34,176 nucleotides of DNA from Octopus bimaculoides (lineage: Eukaryota). The stretch is taken from positions 33,473,372 to 33,507,547 of the forward strand of contig NC_069003.1 of NCBI RefSeq assembly GCF_001194135.2, in the 5' to 3' direction. A program made the position numbers and the translations under genes. This document shows, piece after piece, positions 1 through 11,420 of this stretch. Within the stretch, counting starts at the first letter, position 1, and each line of letters starts with the position of its first letter. The notes under the pieces were generated by a model. It ran no database searches and was not told the DNA's origin. It was given only the letters and a program-made list of their open reading frames with translations.

Positions 1-37
<37 letters not shown>

Positions 38-1523
38 CACACACACATATAAGAAAAGAGAAAGAGAAGCTATTTAAAAGCAGCCAACTTCACCCCCACC
101 TCATCCGATTGCTCTTCTTCTTTTCTCATTTTCCACTGAGTCTTGTAGAATGGTGTGTCTTGGGGAGTTTGGTACATTCCTGAAGTAACTTAGATATTGT
201 TTTTATAAGTTAGTGTAGACAGCAGCAGTGGCGGTGGTGGTGGTGGGTGTTAGTGGTGGTGGTACTTCATGCTGTTGTAGTTCCATCGGTAAAAGTATGT
301 CTGTGTAATTAGTAAGACATGTCTGAAATTATAATTGGAAAACATAGTGTGTGTGTATGTGTGTGTAGTTCTGTGTGAGAAAGAGAGTCTAAATTTGTGT
401 ATCTATGTGTGTTTATTGTATTGTGTGTGTGTGTGTGTGTGTGTGTGTGCATGTGTGGGAAAGAAAGTGAGAGGGAGAGAGAGATGTGGGGGTGTCTGTA
501 TTATGTACATGTATATATTACCATTCTGTGTGTGTGTGTGTGTGTATACATATTTCCTAGACAGACTAGGTGGTGGTGGTCGTGGTTGTAGTGGTGGTGG
601 AGGCAATGAAAGTCTGGTCTGGTTTGGCAGTGATTCTGTGTAATATTGGTGGGAGTGTTGTTGTTTAACCCTAGGTTAGCCCTGATCAGGCCAGCATATG
701 ATCAAAAAACATATTCTGACCATGACCATCCCATTATTTTCCTATGTAGAAGAAATCCAGGAGCACATCTAATGTGTCCTTTTCTAAGATGATAAGGGGT
801 CTGTCTAGCTGCTATTTCTAGGGGGTTGGCATAGCCATGTGGAAGCTCTTGTATTGACCAAAATGATAATGGTGTATGCAGCCGTGTAATGTGTGTAGTT
901 GTTATTTTTGTGGTAATTCTCTGTGTGTGTGTGTGTGTGTATTTCATAGTGTGTGTGTGTGTGTGGTTGTGTGTTTCATAGTGTATGTGTATGGTTGTGC
1001 ATGTGTAATTCATAGTGTGTGTTTATGTGGTTGTGTGTGTATGCTCCATAGTGTATGTGTGTATGGTAGTGTATATTTATATGGTTGTGTGTGTGTGTGT
1101 TTCATAATGTATATGTTTATGATAGTGTGTTTGTGTGGTAGTGTGTGTGTTTTATAGTGTATGTGTGTATGATNNNNNNNNNNTAGTGTGTGTTTATGTG
1201 GTTGTGTGTGTATGCTCCATAGTGTATGTGTGTATGGTAGTGTATATTTATATGGTTGTGTGTGTGTGTGTTTCATAATGTATATGTTTATGATAGTGTG
1301 TTTGTGTGGTAGTGTGTGTGTTTTATAGTGTATGTGTGTATGATAGTGTGTGTATGTTAGAACATATATGTATGGTAGTGTGTGTACATGTGGTTGTAGT
1401 ATATACAAGTATATTATTTATGCGTGTGTGTGTGTTAGAGTTCCTTTAATAGTGTTTACGAAGGTAGTGTGTGTTTGCTTCCAACCATTTGTGTTTAGTA
1501 AAGAATTTTTTCTTTTGTTTCAG

Positions 1524-2141
1524 AGACAAGATTTTGGTTCCTGAAACCAATCATTTGGTGTCTTCTGACTTTGAAGGTTGGATCTTAATGAATGTTACCA
1601 ATGCTGCCGACTCTTGGACCATCATGCCAGCTTCCAATATGGGTCTTTACCTCAAAATCACTGACATGAGCACAGGTGGGTCTTTTTCGCTCTTTGTTAT
1701 TTACTTACATCTAAATACTCATCTAGTAATACATACATACACACACACATATACTATATAATACACATACATGTAGTTCGTAAGCAAGCTACTTACCACT
1801 CCGTCCAGATATGTTCAAGGAACACATACACACATGCAGCTGAATATATTTATCCGCTTTCATAAATGCTCACATAAACACACACGTATGTTAGCATACA
1901 TACAAGTACACACACACACAGTGTATTTATTGTGTCAGGCTGTCAAAATACAAAATTAGGGTCAGCGTAAGGAGGGTCAAGTTGGCCATTAGTCTATGGG
2001 GAATTTCATGTAGGGGGTCCCTTTTAAGTGTCCCCACCTACCCTGATCTGATGCACTAACCCTCCATTGACTGGTGGCACTCGTAAATCATAATGTCTAT
2101 TTACCTACATACTGTATGTGTGTAGGTAAGGCAGATGAGTT

Positions 2142-2184
<43 letters not shown>

Positions 2185-2222
2185 GTGTGTGTGTGTGTAT
2201 GTGTTGTGTGTGNNNNNNNNNN

Positions 2223-2262
<40 letters not shown>

Positions 2263-3042
2263 GTGTGTGTGTGTGTATGTGTTGTGTGTGTATGTGTGAG
2301 TGTGTGTATGTTGTGTGAGTGTGTGTGTATTTGATCTTCCGTCCCCCAACTGGCAAAGTTGACTTGGCAACAAAATTCCAACTCACCCCACTCCTCTCAC
2401 CCCACCTCATTACTACTGTTTCATCATCCACCCTCTGTTTTTGTGTTTTTTTTTTTTNNNNNNNNNNCCCCCCCCCAGATACATAAACTTCTCTACTTGC
2501 CTCAGTGAGGTTTCCCTTAACATGCAGAGTACCATCACCATCATTGTTTAACATCCGTTTTCCATGCTGGTATGGGTTGGACAGTTTTGAGTGAAGCTGG
2601 CTAACCGGGGAACCATCCAGACTCCAAATTGGCATGGTTTCTACAGATGGATGCCCTTCCTAACGCCAACCACTTCACAGAGTGTGCTGGGTACTTCTTA
2701 CATGTCACCAACACGAGTGTGCTTATGCAGCGTCAGCACAAGTGCATTTTATGTGGCACCAGCACCCGTAAGGGACAAGCCTGTATGTATGGATGACAGC
2801 GATTTCTTCTTGGCTTCACGTGTCTTCTCAAGTACAGCAAATTGCCACAACTCCTGGTCCCAGGGATGATATGCCGGTGCCCCATTAAAAGGACTCTGTG
2901 CACTTTGTAAAGTGGTTGGCATTAGGAAGGGCATCCAGCCATAGAAACCATGCCAAACACAGACAGTTGAAGTCTGGTGCAGCAGTACTGGCTTGCCATG
3001 TCCTGTCAAAATGTCCAACCCATGCCAGCATGCAAAACGGAC

Positions 3043-3076
<34 letters not shown>

Positions 3077-5490
3077 CAACTGCAACAACTACAATAACAA
3101 TAACATGCCAAGAACTGGGGCAGCATGTACACTGGATAATGTAGTGTCCCACTGAGATTACAAGGGACTGAAATTAAGACAGGGTCGTCATGGGTGGAAC
3201 ACTTTGATCACCTGTCTGCTTGATTAACCTGGGGCTAATCAACAATAGCAACAACAACAACACCTCCCACTTTTCTTCAAAACAACCAAACTGCAACAGA
3301 AAGTGTAAGGATTTTTTCGGAGCTATTTTTTTTAGACCTTTTATTTAAAAAAAGAAATTGTCTTTTCCCTTTTTGATTTACATTTATTGACCCATATTTA
3401 CTTTCTTTTCTTTTCTTTCCATTGTTGTAGGTCAAGAATTAAGACCCAACCATATCGGTATTGTAGGACATAGAGGAGACCCCGATAAACAGGCCTTTTT
3501 GGTCTGCTTTTTCAAGATGAGTCAACAGCTTCATGTACGACGAACACGTTCTGCACGCCGGNNNNNNNNNNAGTCAACAGCTTCATGTACGACGAACACG
3601 TTCTGCACGCCGGCAAATGGATACTCGTACAGCAGTCTCACATCGGGATGATTCTCACTGGACGTGGAGACGAACACGTTAGTTATTTATTTTCTATGCC
3701 ATGTTTTTCATTGAGGTTACAGTCATGTGACAAAAGTCATATGGTGGCCCATTATTTAGACCAGAGGTTCCCAACCTTATCTTGGGTTTTGTAATCTTGT
3801 GAGCTACATGGCACTCTCAATAGTGCCAGAGCACCAAAAAGCATCCAGTACATGGTGTAAAATGGTTGGTATTAGGAAGGGCATCAAGCCATAGAAACCA
3901 TATCAAAGCAGACACTGGAGTGCGATGCAGTCCTAGAACCCAGCAGATCTTTGTCAAACTGTCCAACTCACGTCAGTACAGAACATGGATATTAAATGAC
4001 AATGATGATGGTCTATTGAAATATTGGCAGTGGACAACAGAAGTGGATTGGTCAGTTGGTCATGTGAGCCTACCATCCTATGATAATAATAATAATATTG
4101 GTGATTATCAATGTCTTGTTCTACACGTTTCACTCTCTCTCTCTCTCTTCTCTTCTCTTCTAGGACGTTATGTACGACCAGTCTGTCGAAGAAAGACGAT
4201 GTATGTTGACTTTGAAGATTTAGGCTGGCAGGTGAGATTAAAGATTTGTGTGTGTCTGTCATTAACCATTAGTCTTCTCTTTCAATATATCCAACCTTCT
4301 AGATAATTTGGTGCCTAGAGGAGTGATACCAATCCATTTTAGCTTGGCATCATGATCTTTTAGGTTTTATGGTTAAGACGTTTGCTTCCAAACCATTTGG
4401 TTTCTGGTTCAGTCCTGCTGTGCATCACCTTGGACATGTAGAAGTCAAGGCCATGGCTTCATCAGATATATCAAGGCTCGGGACTTAAGTACATGGTCAA
4501 ATTGTCCTCCATAATTTAATGTACTGGGTGAGAATAATAATTTAAATGGTATGATAAATGAAATAATTGATATAACAAATAAAATGTAATAGAAACCATG
4601 CCACATGTGAATAACCACGCTGCATGTTAGTAACTGCGCCACATGTGAGTAACCAATCCATGTATGAGTAACCACGCCACGTGAGTAATCATGTTACATG
4701 TTAGTAACTATGCAGCTCTTCTTCAAAACCCTGCTCTGACTCCCTTCTTGTGTACTTTAATCTCTCATCCCCTAGCATAATGCTGACCCCCACCTCCCAA
4801 TCTCCCCTGGGATTTGTAGATTTGTGAGATGCATGGTGATCTCAGTAGTGCTGGTGGCACAAAAAAAAACCCCCGATTCAATGCATGTTTCAAAGTGGTT
4901 GGTGTTAAGAAGGGTTTCCAACCGTAGAAACCCTGCCAGTGTTGACACCAGAGCATGATGCTGTCCTTGGACTCATGGGATTTGGTCAAACCATCCAACC
5001 CATTCCAGCATGGAATATGGACATAAAATAATGATGATGATGATGATGATGATAAAGAGATACACCTGTTATCAATATTGGAGATTGATTTTGTCAAGTA
5101 TTTCTTTCCTTTCTTTCTCTGTCCACTACAAATTTCTGGCCCCTTTCCTATGTAAGGAATCAATTAAAAGACATAATTATTTCTTCATTTGCCTTTTTCT
5201 TTATTTTCTCCTTTTTTTTTCCCCCACAGAGTTGGATCATTGCACCTGAGGGTTACTCTGCATTCTACTGCGACGGCGACTGCATATTTCCACTCGGTCT
5301 GAATATGAACGCCACAAATCATGCCATTGTACAACTGTTGCTTCACACAGTGAAATCTCAGACAATGCCTAAGCCATGCTGTTCCCCTACCAAACTGAGT
5401 GCCATCTCTGTGCTCTACTTTGATGATAATTCCAATGTCATTCTCAAGAAATATCGAAGTATGAAGGTGAAGGCTTGTGGCTGTCACTAG
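1524..5490 (+). CDS. BMP5-8: BMP5-8 (gbb/60A, BMP5/6/7/8 subfamily) ligand, copy A; 5'-partial. Exons 1524-1675, 3431-3677 (contains a 52-nt assembly artefact), 4164-4231, 5230-5490 (stop)
   Basis: All exons have AG/GT boundaries and compatible phases (2/1/1/0). Translation gives prodomain ...[10 protein letters not shown]...SNMGLYL..., [10 protein letters not shown], furin site RRTR-S, and a 7-cysteine TGF-beta domain ([37 protein letters not shown]...NATNHAIVQ...[40 protein letters not shown]). NATNHAIVQ and [15 protein letters not shown] are BMP5-8 hallmarks. The introns fall at positions matching those I recall for vertebrate BMP7. Confidence 0.93.
2530..3075. mobile_element. Two oppositely oriented copies of SINE-like family C with (ATG)n tail (2530-2760 -, 2900-3075 +). 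Others: 3865-4020, 4885-5055, 10005-10150 (+)
   Basis: Shared GGTTGGCATTAGGAAGGGCATCCAGCC.TAGAAACCATGCCA...TCCAACCCATGCCAGCATG...GATGATGAT. Confidence 0.7.
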
Positions 5491-5960
5491 TGTTCACCCC
5501 ATACCTCTACGTCTTGTAACACTGTATTGCACACACACACACACATTCATTGGANNNNNNNNNNCATTGATGCATGTGTGCATGGGACGGCTGAGTGCAC
5601 TTGCAATGCCACTGTCCTGCTTTTTCTTTTTCTTTTGTGTTTTCAATTTGAGTGTGCAACAAATGTTGCACATTTGCAGGTATCAGGATTTAGTATTTTT
5701 TTATGTACAGTCTCTATGGACATATGATGAATGAATGTGTATGGCTGTGTGTGTGTGTGTGTGTGTGTATGGCTGTATGTGTGTGTGTGAGTATGGCTGT
5801 GTGTGTATGCTTGTATATATCTGTATACCCCTTTCAATTCATGTTACAGTTGGTAAGGTCTTCAAGAATACTGCTGAAAACAACTAAACAAGAACAAATT
5901 AGAAAATATACAGTGTGTGTTTGTAGCACAACATACACACGCATACATATACATACATAC

Positions 5961-5993
<33 letters not shown>

Positions 5994-5999
5994 CACACA

Positions 6000-6767
6000 C
6001 AGGGTAATGCATAATAAAGTAGCCCAGGTTTTGTAGCACAGTGTAAATACAGAAATAAATTTACACAGACACAAAAAAGTACCCAGCTTTTTCTTTGTGT
6101 CAACGAATTATTTCAAGCTCTTGCAACTGCTGTTCAGAAGCCATGTGCAGTAATTTACTTGTTTGCTTTTGTCATCCACTTTTAATTGCGGTACGCACGT
6201 GAAATGATATGGCTTCAATGTTAGACTTTCCAATACCTGTTGGCTCGACCTCCTGCGTCAATGTATGCATCAACGTTTTCTGGACTTCTAATAATCCTTT
6301 TGCGAATGTCCCAAATAACTTCCGATGTTTAAACTGGAGGATATCGTTGTTTTGGGGGCATTGTACAATAACCCCATAGCGTGCCACTTCTTAACCAACA
6401 TCCGTATCGTTCTATTTGTAGGTAAGCCTTTCCTTGGAAACTTGACTTCAAAATTTTCACACGTTTGCTTAACAGAACCCATTCTCACCTATGCTTCCAT
6501 CATCTCCATCCTTTCCATTATTGAGTACATCATCTTACAGAAAAGACTAGAGATATTCACTCGATGCAATCTTATAATCAACTAATGTGGTGAGGACAAT
6601 GTAGCCAACGATCGACTAGTGCACCACCTCCGTTCAGCAGTTACAAGAGGTCAAAATAACTCAATGATGCTTGCAAACGAAAGGCCGGGTACTTTTCTGT
6701 GTGTGTAAATTCATTTCTGTATTTACCCTATGCTACAGAAACCAGGCTACTTTTCCATGTACCACTG
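6000..6767 (-). mobile_element. Internally deleted Tc1/mariner-superfamily element with ~100-bp TIRs and a decayed N-terminal transposase HTH
   Basis: 6000-6100 is the reverse complement of ~6675-6767 (roughly 80% identical by eye), and TA follows the right end. The minus strand reads MMYSIMERMEMMEA*VRMGSVKQTCENFEVKFPRKGLPTNRTIRMLVKKWHAMG, typical of a mariner-type DNA-binding N-terminus. Confidence 0.75.
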
Positions 6768-6821
6768 TATATATTACGTGTATGCATCACATCACACATT
6801 GTATACACAAACATGTATGTA

Positions 6822-6823
6822 TG

Positions 6824-6902
<79 letters not shown>
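6822..6902. repeat. (TA)n microsatellite, representative of many (TA)n/(CA)n/(GA)n/(ATG)n/(AAT)n tracts (e.g. 1-50, 423-448, 2143-2330, 32041-32087)
   Basis: Seen directly. These tracts explain most ORFs in the supplied track. Confidence 0.95.
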
Positions 6903-6904
<2 letters not shown>

Positions 6905-7740
6905 TTGGACAAGAAATAGAAAGTCCTTGGTACAGTATTATATATTTGAAAAAATGAATAGAAAAGGCTTTTCTGGCAATGTTTCCATTTTCGTAATTAG
7001 GTGTTTATATCTAATTATTAAAATGGAAAAATTATCAGGAAAACCATTTTCATTAATTTTTTCAAATATACATACATACATATATACATACACACACATA
7101 TATGCACATACATACACACACATATACATACATATATGTGTATGTGTGTACATAACACAGACAGACAATCTTCCCACTGAAAGCTATTTCTTCTTTCTCT
7201 TTACTAATCCAGAATTCTTCAAATGCTCACACACACATACCTTCATTTACACTCATACCTTCCCTCACACTCACACATACCTGTAATTCCCTCGTACAGT
7301 AACATAAGAACTTTGACACATTATCACACACATGAAGGTGTGTTTAGTTTGCTGTACAGAACAATCTCAGTAGTGTGAATTAACAACTGCAACATGAACT
7401 ACAACAGTTACAACAACAATAATACTAGTAGTAGTAGTAATAGTAGTAGCAATAGTAGTAGTAGTAACAACAATAGCAACGCTGAACAGCAGCAGCAACA
7501 GCAGCAGCAAGAACATTAACAACAGAATTTGATATTAAGGAGAATGCGTGTAAGATTGTTAATAATGTGTGGGTTGTCTGAGAGATTTCTAACATTGTGG
7601 GAATGTGTGGGAAATTGCTGATTCTGTGGGAAATGTGTTGGTGAGAACATCTGGAAGATTGCTAACACTATGAAGATAGTTTAGAAGTTTGTTAAAGCTG
7701 TGGAAATGTTTGGTAGTCAGTTATGCTCTATGGGAAAATA

Positions 7741-8008
7741 TCTGGAAGGTTGCTAATGTCGCAGAGAATGTTTGAAAGGTTGCTAATGTTGCAGAGAATA
7801 TTTGAAAGGTTGCTAATGTCGCAGAGAATGTTTGAAAGGTTGCTAATGTCACAGAGAATGTTTGTAAGGTTGCTAATTTTGCAGAGAATGTTTGAAAGGT
7901 TGCTAATGCTACGACAAAAGTTTGGTAGGTTTTTAATGCCACAGAGAATATCTTGACAGTTGCTAATGCTGCAGAGAATGTTTGGAAGGTTGCTAACATT
8001 GGAGAATG
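7741..8008. repeat. 30-bp minisatellite, 9 units (consensus TTTGAAAGGTTGCTAATGTCGCAGAGAATG); degenerate units upstream to ~7575
   Basis: Exact 30-nt periodicity is visible directly. Confidence 0.9.
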
Positions 8009-9451
8009 AGTGCAAATGGAATATAAAAGGACTAGAGAGAAAAAAAAATCATTTAAAAATAAATAGTAAAGCTCACCCTACCAAAAAAACCCCCTCAAAC
8101 AAATGACAATATTGTAATAGCAATACCAAAACATATTGATTTGTATATAATTATGACTCCTCTCTCTCTCTCTCTCTCTCTCTTATTTCCTCATCTTAAC
8201 TGTTTCATATATTTTGTAACTTTTATGGTATAATATTAACAATAAAACAAACAACACCAATCAAAGACGATGATGTTTTATAATGATTATAAATACATTT
8301 ACATCTATACAGCCACTGATAGTGCTATATCTGCGTTGTTATTATCACATCTTTGGATCTACTGTACAAATGGTAGCTTCAGTAGTGCGAAATGATATCA
8401 CATTTTCTGNNNNNNNNNNNNNNNNNNNNNNNNNNNNNNNNNNNNNNNNNNNNNNNNNNNNNNNNNNNNNNNNNNNNNNNNNNNNNNNNNNNNNNNNNNN
8501 NNNNNNNNNNNNNNNNNNNNNNNNNNNNNNNNNNNNNNNNNNNNNNNNNNNNNNNNNNNNNNNNNNNNNNNNNNNNNNNNNNNNNNNNNNNNNNNNNNNN
8601 NNNNNNNNNNNNNNNNNNNNNNNNNNNNNNNNNNNNNNNNNNNNNNNNNNNNNNNNNNNNNNNNNNNNNNNNNNNNNNNNNNNNNNNNNNNNNNNNNNNN
8701 NNNNNNNNNNNNNNNNNNNNNNNNNNNNNNNNNNNNNNNNNNNNNNNNNNNNNNNNNNNNNNNNNNNNNNNNNNNNNNNNNNNNNNNNNNNNNNNNNNNN
8801 NNNNNNNNNNNNNNNNNNNNNNNNNNNNNNNNNNNNNNNNNNNNNNNNNNNNNNNNNNNNNNNNNNNNNNNNNNNNNNNNNNNNNNNNNNNNNNNNNNNN
8901 NNNNNNNNNNNNNNNNNNNNNNNNNNNNNNNNNNNNNNNNNNNNNNNNNNNNNNNNNNNNNNNNNNNNNNNNNNNNNNNNNNNNNNNNNNNNNNNNNNNN
9001 NNNNNNNNNNNNNNNNNNNNNNNNNNNNNNNNNNNNNNNNNNNNNNNNNNNNNNNNNNNNNNNNNNNNNNNNNNNNNNNNNNNNNNNNNNNNNNNNNNNN
9101 NNNNNNNNNNNNNNNNNNNNNNNNNNNNNNNNNNNNNNNNNNNNNNNNNNNNNNNNNNNNNNNNNNNNNNNNNATGTGTGTATATGTATGTATGTATGTA
9201 TATATGAGTGTGTATGTATGTATGTATATATGTGTGTATATGTATGTATGTATGTATATATATGTATGTATGTATGTGTGTATATATTTGTGTGTATGTG
9301 TATATATGTGTGTACAAAGTATGGAGGTTTAGTTCACAGGTGATCTAAACGATTAGGTACGCTAGGTAAGCAAAATAACACTGACATCTCATTTTAACAG
9401 ATATATTTACCAAAATTACATAAGAATATCTGGAAATACTAAAAAGTAAAT

Positions 9452-9871
9452 TTATTCAATAAAATCACCATTGGCTTCAACCACAGCCTCCAGACAACTT
9501 TCGAATCTCCGGCAACTCTTCTGGACAGTCTCCTTGTTTAAGTTGGTGAATGTTGCCAAAATCTTTGCCTTCAATTCATCTTTGGTATTACAAGGAGTTT
9601 TATTGGTCTCTCACTCAACTGCATCCCACACACAATAATCAAGGGGGTTGCAGTCTGGAGAGTTAGGTGGCCAAATGTTAGGGGTGATGTGCCAATGGTT
9701 GTTCTGTGTGTTCATCTGATCCTGGCTAAAATTTTTCTTGTCTGAGAAAAACCAATGCATGTTTGGTTGGAGGGGATGCTTGAGTTTGTTCAAATTCTTC
9801 ATAGTGTGGTCTTTCTTGTTCTTGGTGGCTTGGGATAAAAAATGGCCCTTTAACCTCTCATCACCTAGCAT
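9452..9871 (-). pseudogene. Tc1/mariner (DD37D/maT-like) transposase remnant
   Basis: WFFSDKKNF (first catalytic D region) is fused by deletion to WPPNSPDCNPLDYCVWDAVE*ETNK...CRRFESCLEAVVEANGDFIE*, with an in-frame stop. Confidence 0.85.
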
Positions 9872-11420
9872 AAAGCTACTTCTCTCAATACTACCCTCCC
9901 TCAGTTAAGGAGGTCAAGTTTTGCAAGTTACTTGATGATCTCACTAGTGCCAGTGTCTTGTTAAAAAAAAAACAACAAAAAAACCCACCTAGTGCACTCT
10001 GGGAAATGGTTGGCATTCGGAAAGACAGCCAACCATCCATAGAAATCAAGTCAAAGTAGACAGAAGAGTTGGGCATAGTCCACTGGCATGTCAGATCCTA
10101 TCAAGCTGCCCAGCCCACACTCACATGGAAAACAGATGTTGAACAACGAAGATGCGGATGGAGGAAAGACGGATGGTGGAGAGTAGGATGTCAGTGTAAG
10201 ATATTTTTATGGAATTAACTTTGCTTTATCATCATTTTCGAAGGTAGGTTTTGAAGAATTCTGCAAATAAGGTGCAGGTATGGCAGGTATGGTAAAAAGC
10301 TTGCTTCCCAACCACATAGTCCCGGGTTCAGTTCCACTGCATGGCACCTTGGGCAGGTGTTTTCTACTATAGCCTTGGGCTGACCAAAGTCTTGTGAGTG
10401 GATTTGGTAGAGGGAAACTGAAAGAAGCCTGTCGTATATATATATGTGTGTGTGTGTGTGTGTATTTGTCCACCTGTCCGATGTGCTCATGTCCCCCATA
10501 ACTTAGCAGTTCGGCAAAAGATACCGATAGAATAAGCCCTGGGGTCGATTTGTTCGACTAAAAACCCTTCAAAGCGATGCTCCAGCATGGCTGCAGTCAA
10601 ATGATTGAAACAAATGAAAGACTAAAAGAATTGGGCAAATGAAGCAGAAAAGCGAAGGAGTAACAGAATATAACAAAGATATAGAATAGCTGTTCTTGTT
10701 TAACCCCATGTCGGGCTTGGTCTATATAAGTAAAGGTATCGAAACCATGATCATTCTGACTTTCATTTAGCCCCCTTGGCTGTCGTTAGTGAAATTAGCT
10801 TTGTTGCAAACATTCATGGTTCCAGTCTGAGACATTCTTCCTGTAATCTCTGGGGCAGTGACAGGAGGACTGCTCTTCTTTGCCGAGGTAAGTCATAAAA
10901 TATCAAAAGAAAAGAAAGACTACGTTATTCTATGTATCTTTTTTTTCTTTAAAGACGACAAAGTGTGATTTGGGGAAAATTTGGCTGCTATTTTTAGGTG
11001 GTGAAGGGACCGTATAGAGAGGTATAATTATTCGGCGCTGGAATAGAAGACATTGGGAGAGATGAGAGGGGAGAGAACTAGATCGATAGATAGAGACATG
11101 TAGATAAAGAGAGGGGGAGGTAGGTAAAGAGAAACATAAAGAGAGAGGGAGGTAGGTAAAGAGAAACACAGATATAGACACAAAAAGAAAGAGAGAGAAG
11201 AAATAGAAGTAAAGAAAAACAAAGCGAGAGAGAAATTGAGAAATGCAAGGGAGTGAACTGTTGCCTGACTAATTCTCCCGCCAACAACTACTTCACCTGG
11301 TCAGGTGTCACATTTGTGTTTACCTTTACACGTCTTGACACTCTTCCTGTTTACCTTTACGTATCTCGACACTGGTCCCGTTTCAAGGTTGACGGTCACC
11401 TCCACGAGTCTCCAGACAAA

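Noticed and set aside
1015-1350. Direct duplications around 10-N gaps (also ~2140-2290 and ~29579-29719)
   Set aside because: Same overlap-at-gap signature; assembly artefacts rather than biological repeats.
335-2635. Many 60-200-aa ORFs rich in CV/HT/YI dipeptides here and elsewhere
   Set aside because: Translations of (GT)n/(CA)n/(TA)n microsatellites or N runs.
3520-3613. Apparent 42-nt duplication and frameshift of the furin-site region in BMP-A (pseudogene or tandem cleavage-site duplication)
   Set aside because: The duplicate flanks a 10-N gap. Removing 42+10 nt gives exactly 195 nt, the length of the BMP-B exon. This is a typical contig-overlap artefact.
5185-5487. 100-aa antisense ORF (MTATSLHLH...) conserved in both BMP copies (also 26312-26614)
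   Set aside because: It is a shadow of the identical sense exon, so its conservation is not independent evidence.
7394-7519. 41-aa N/S/Q-rich mini-ORF (MNYNSYNNNN...QQQQEH)
   Set aside because: Compound trinucleotide microsatellite with no supporting gene structure.
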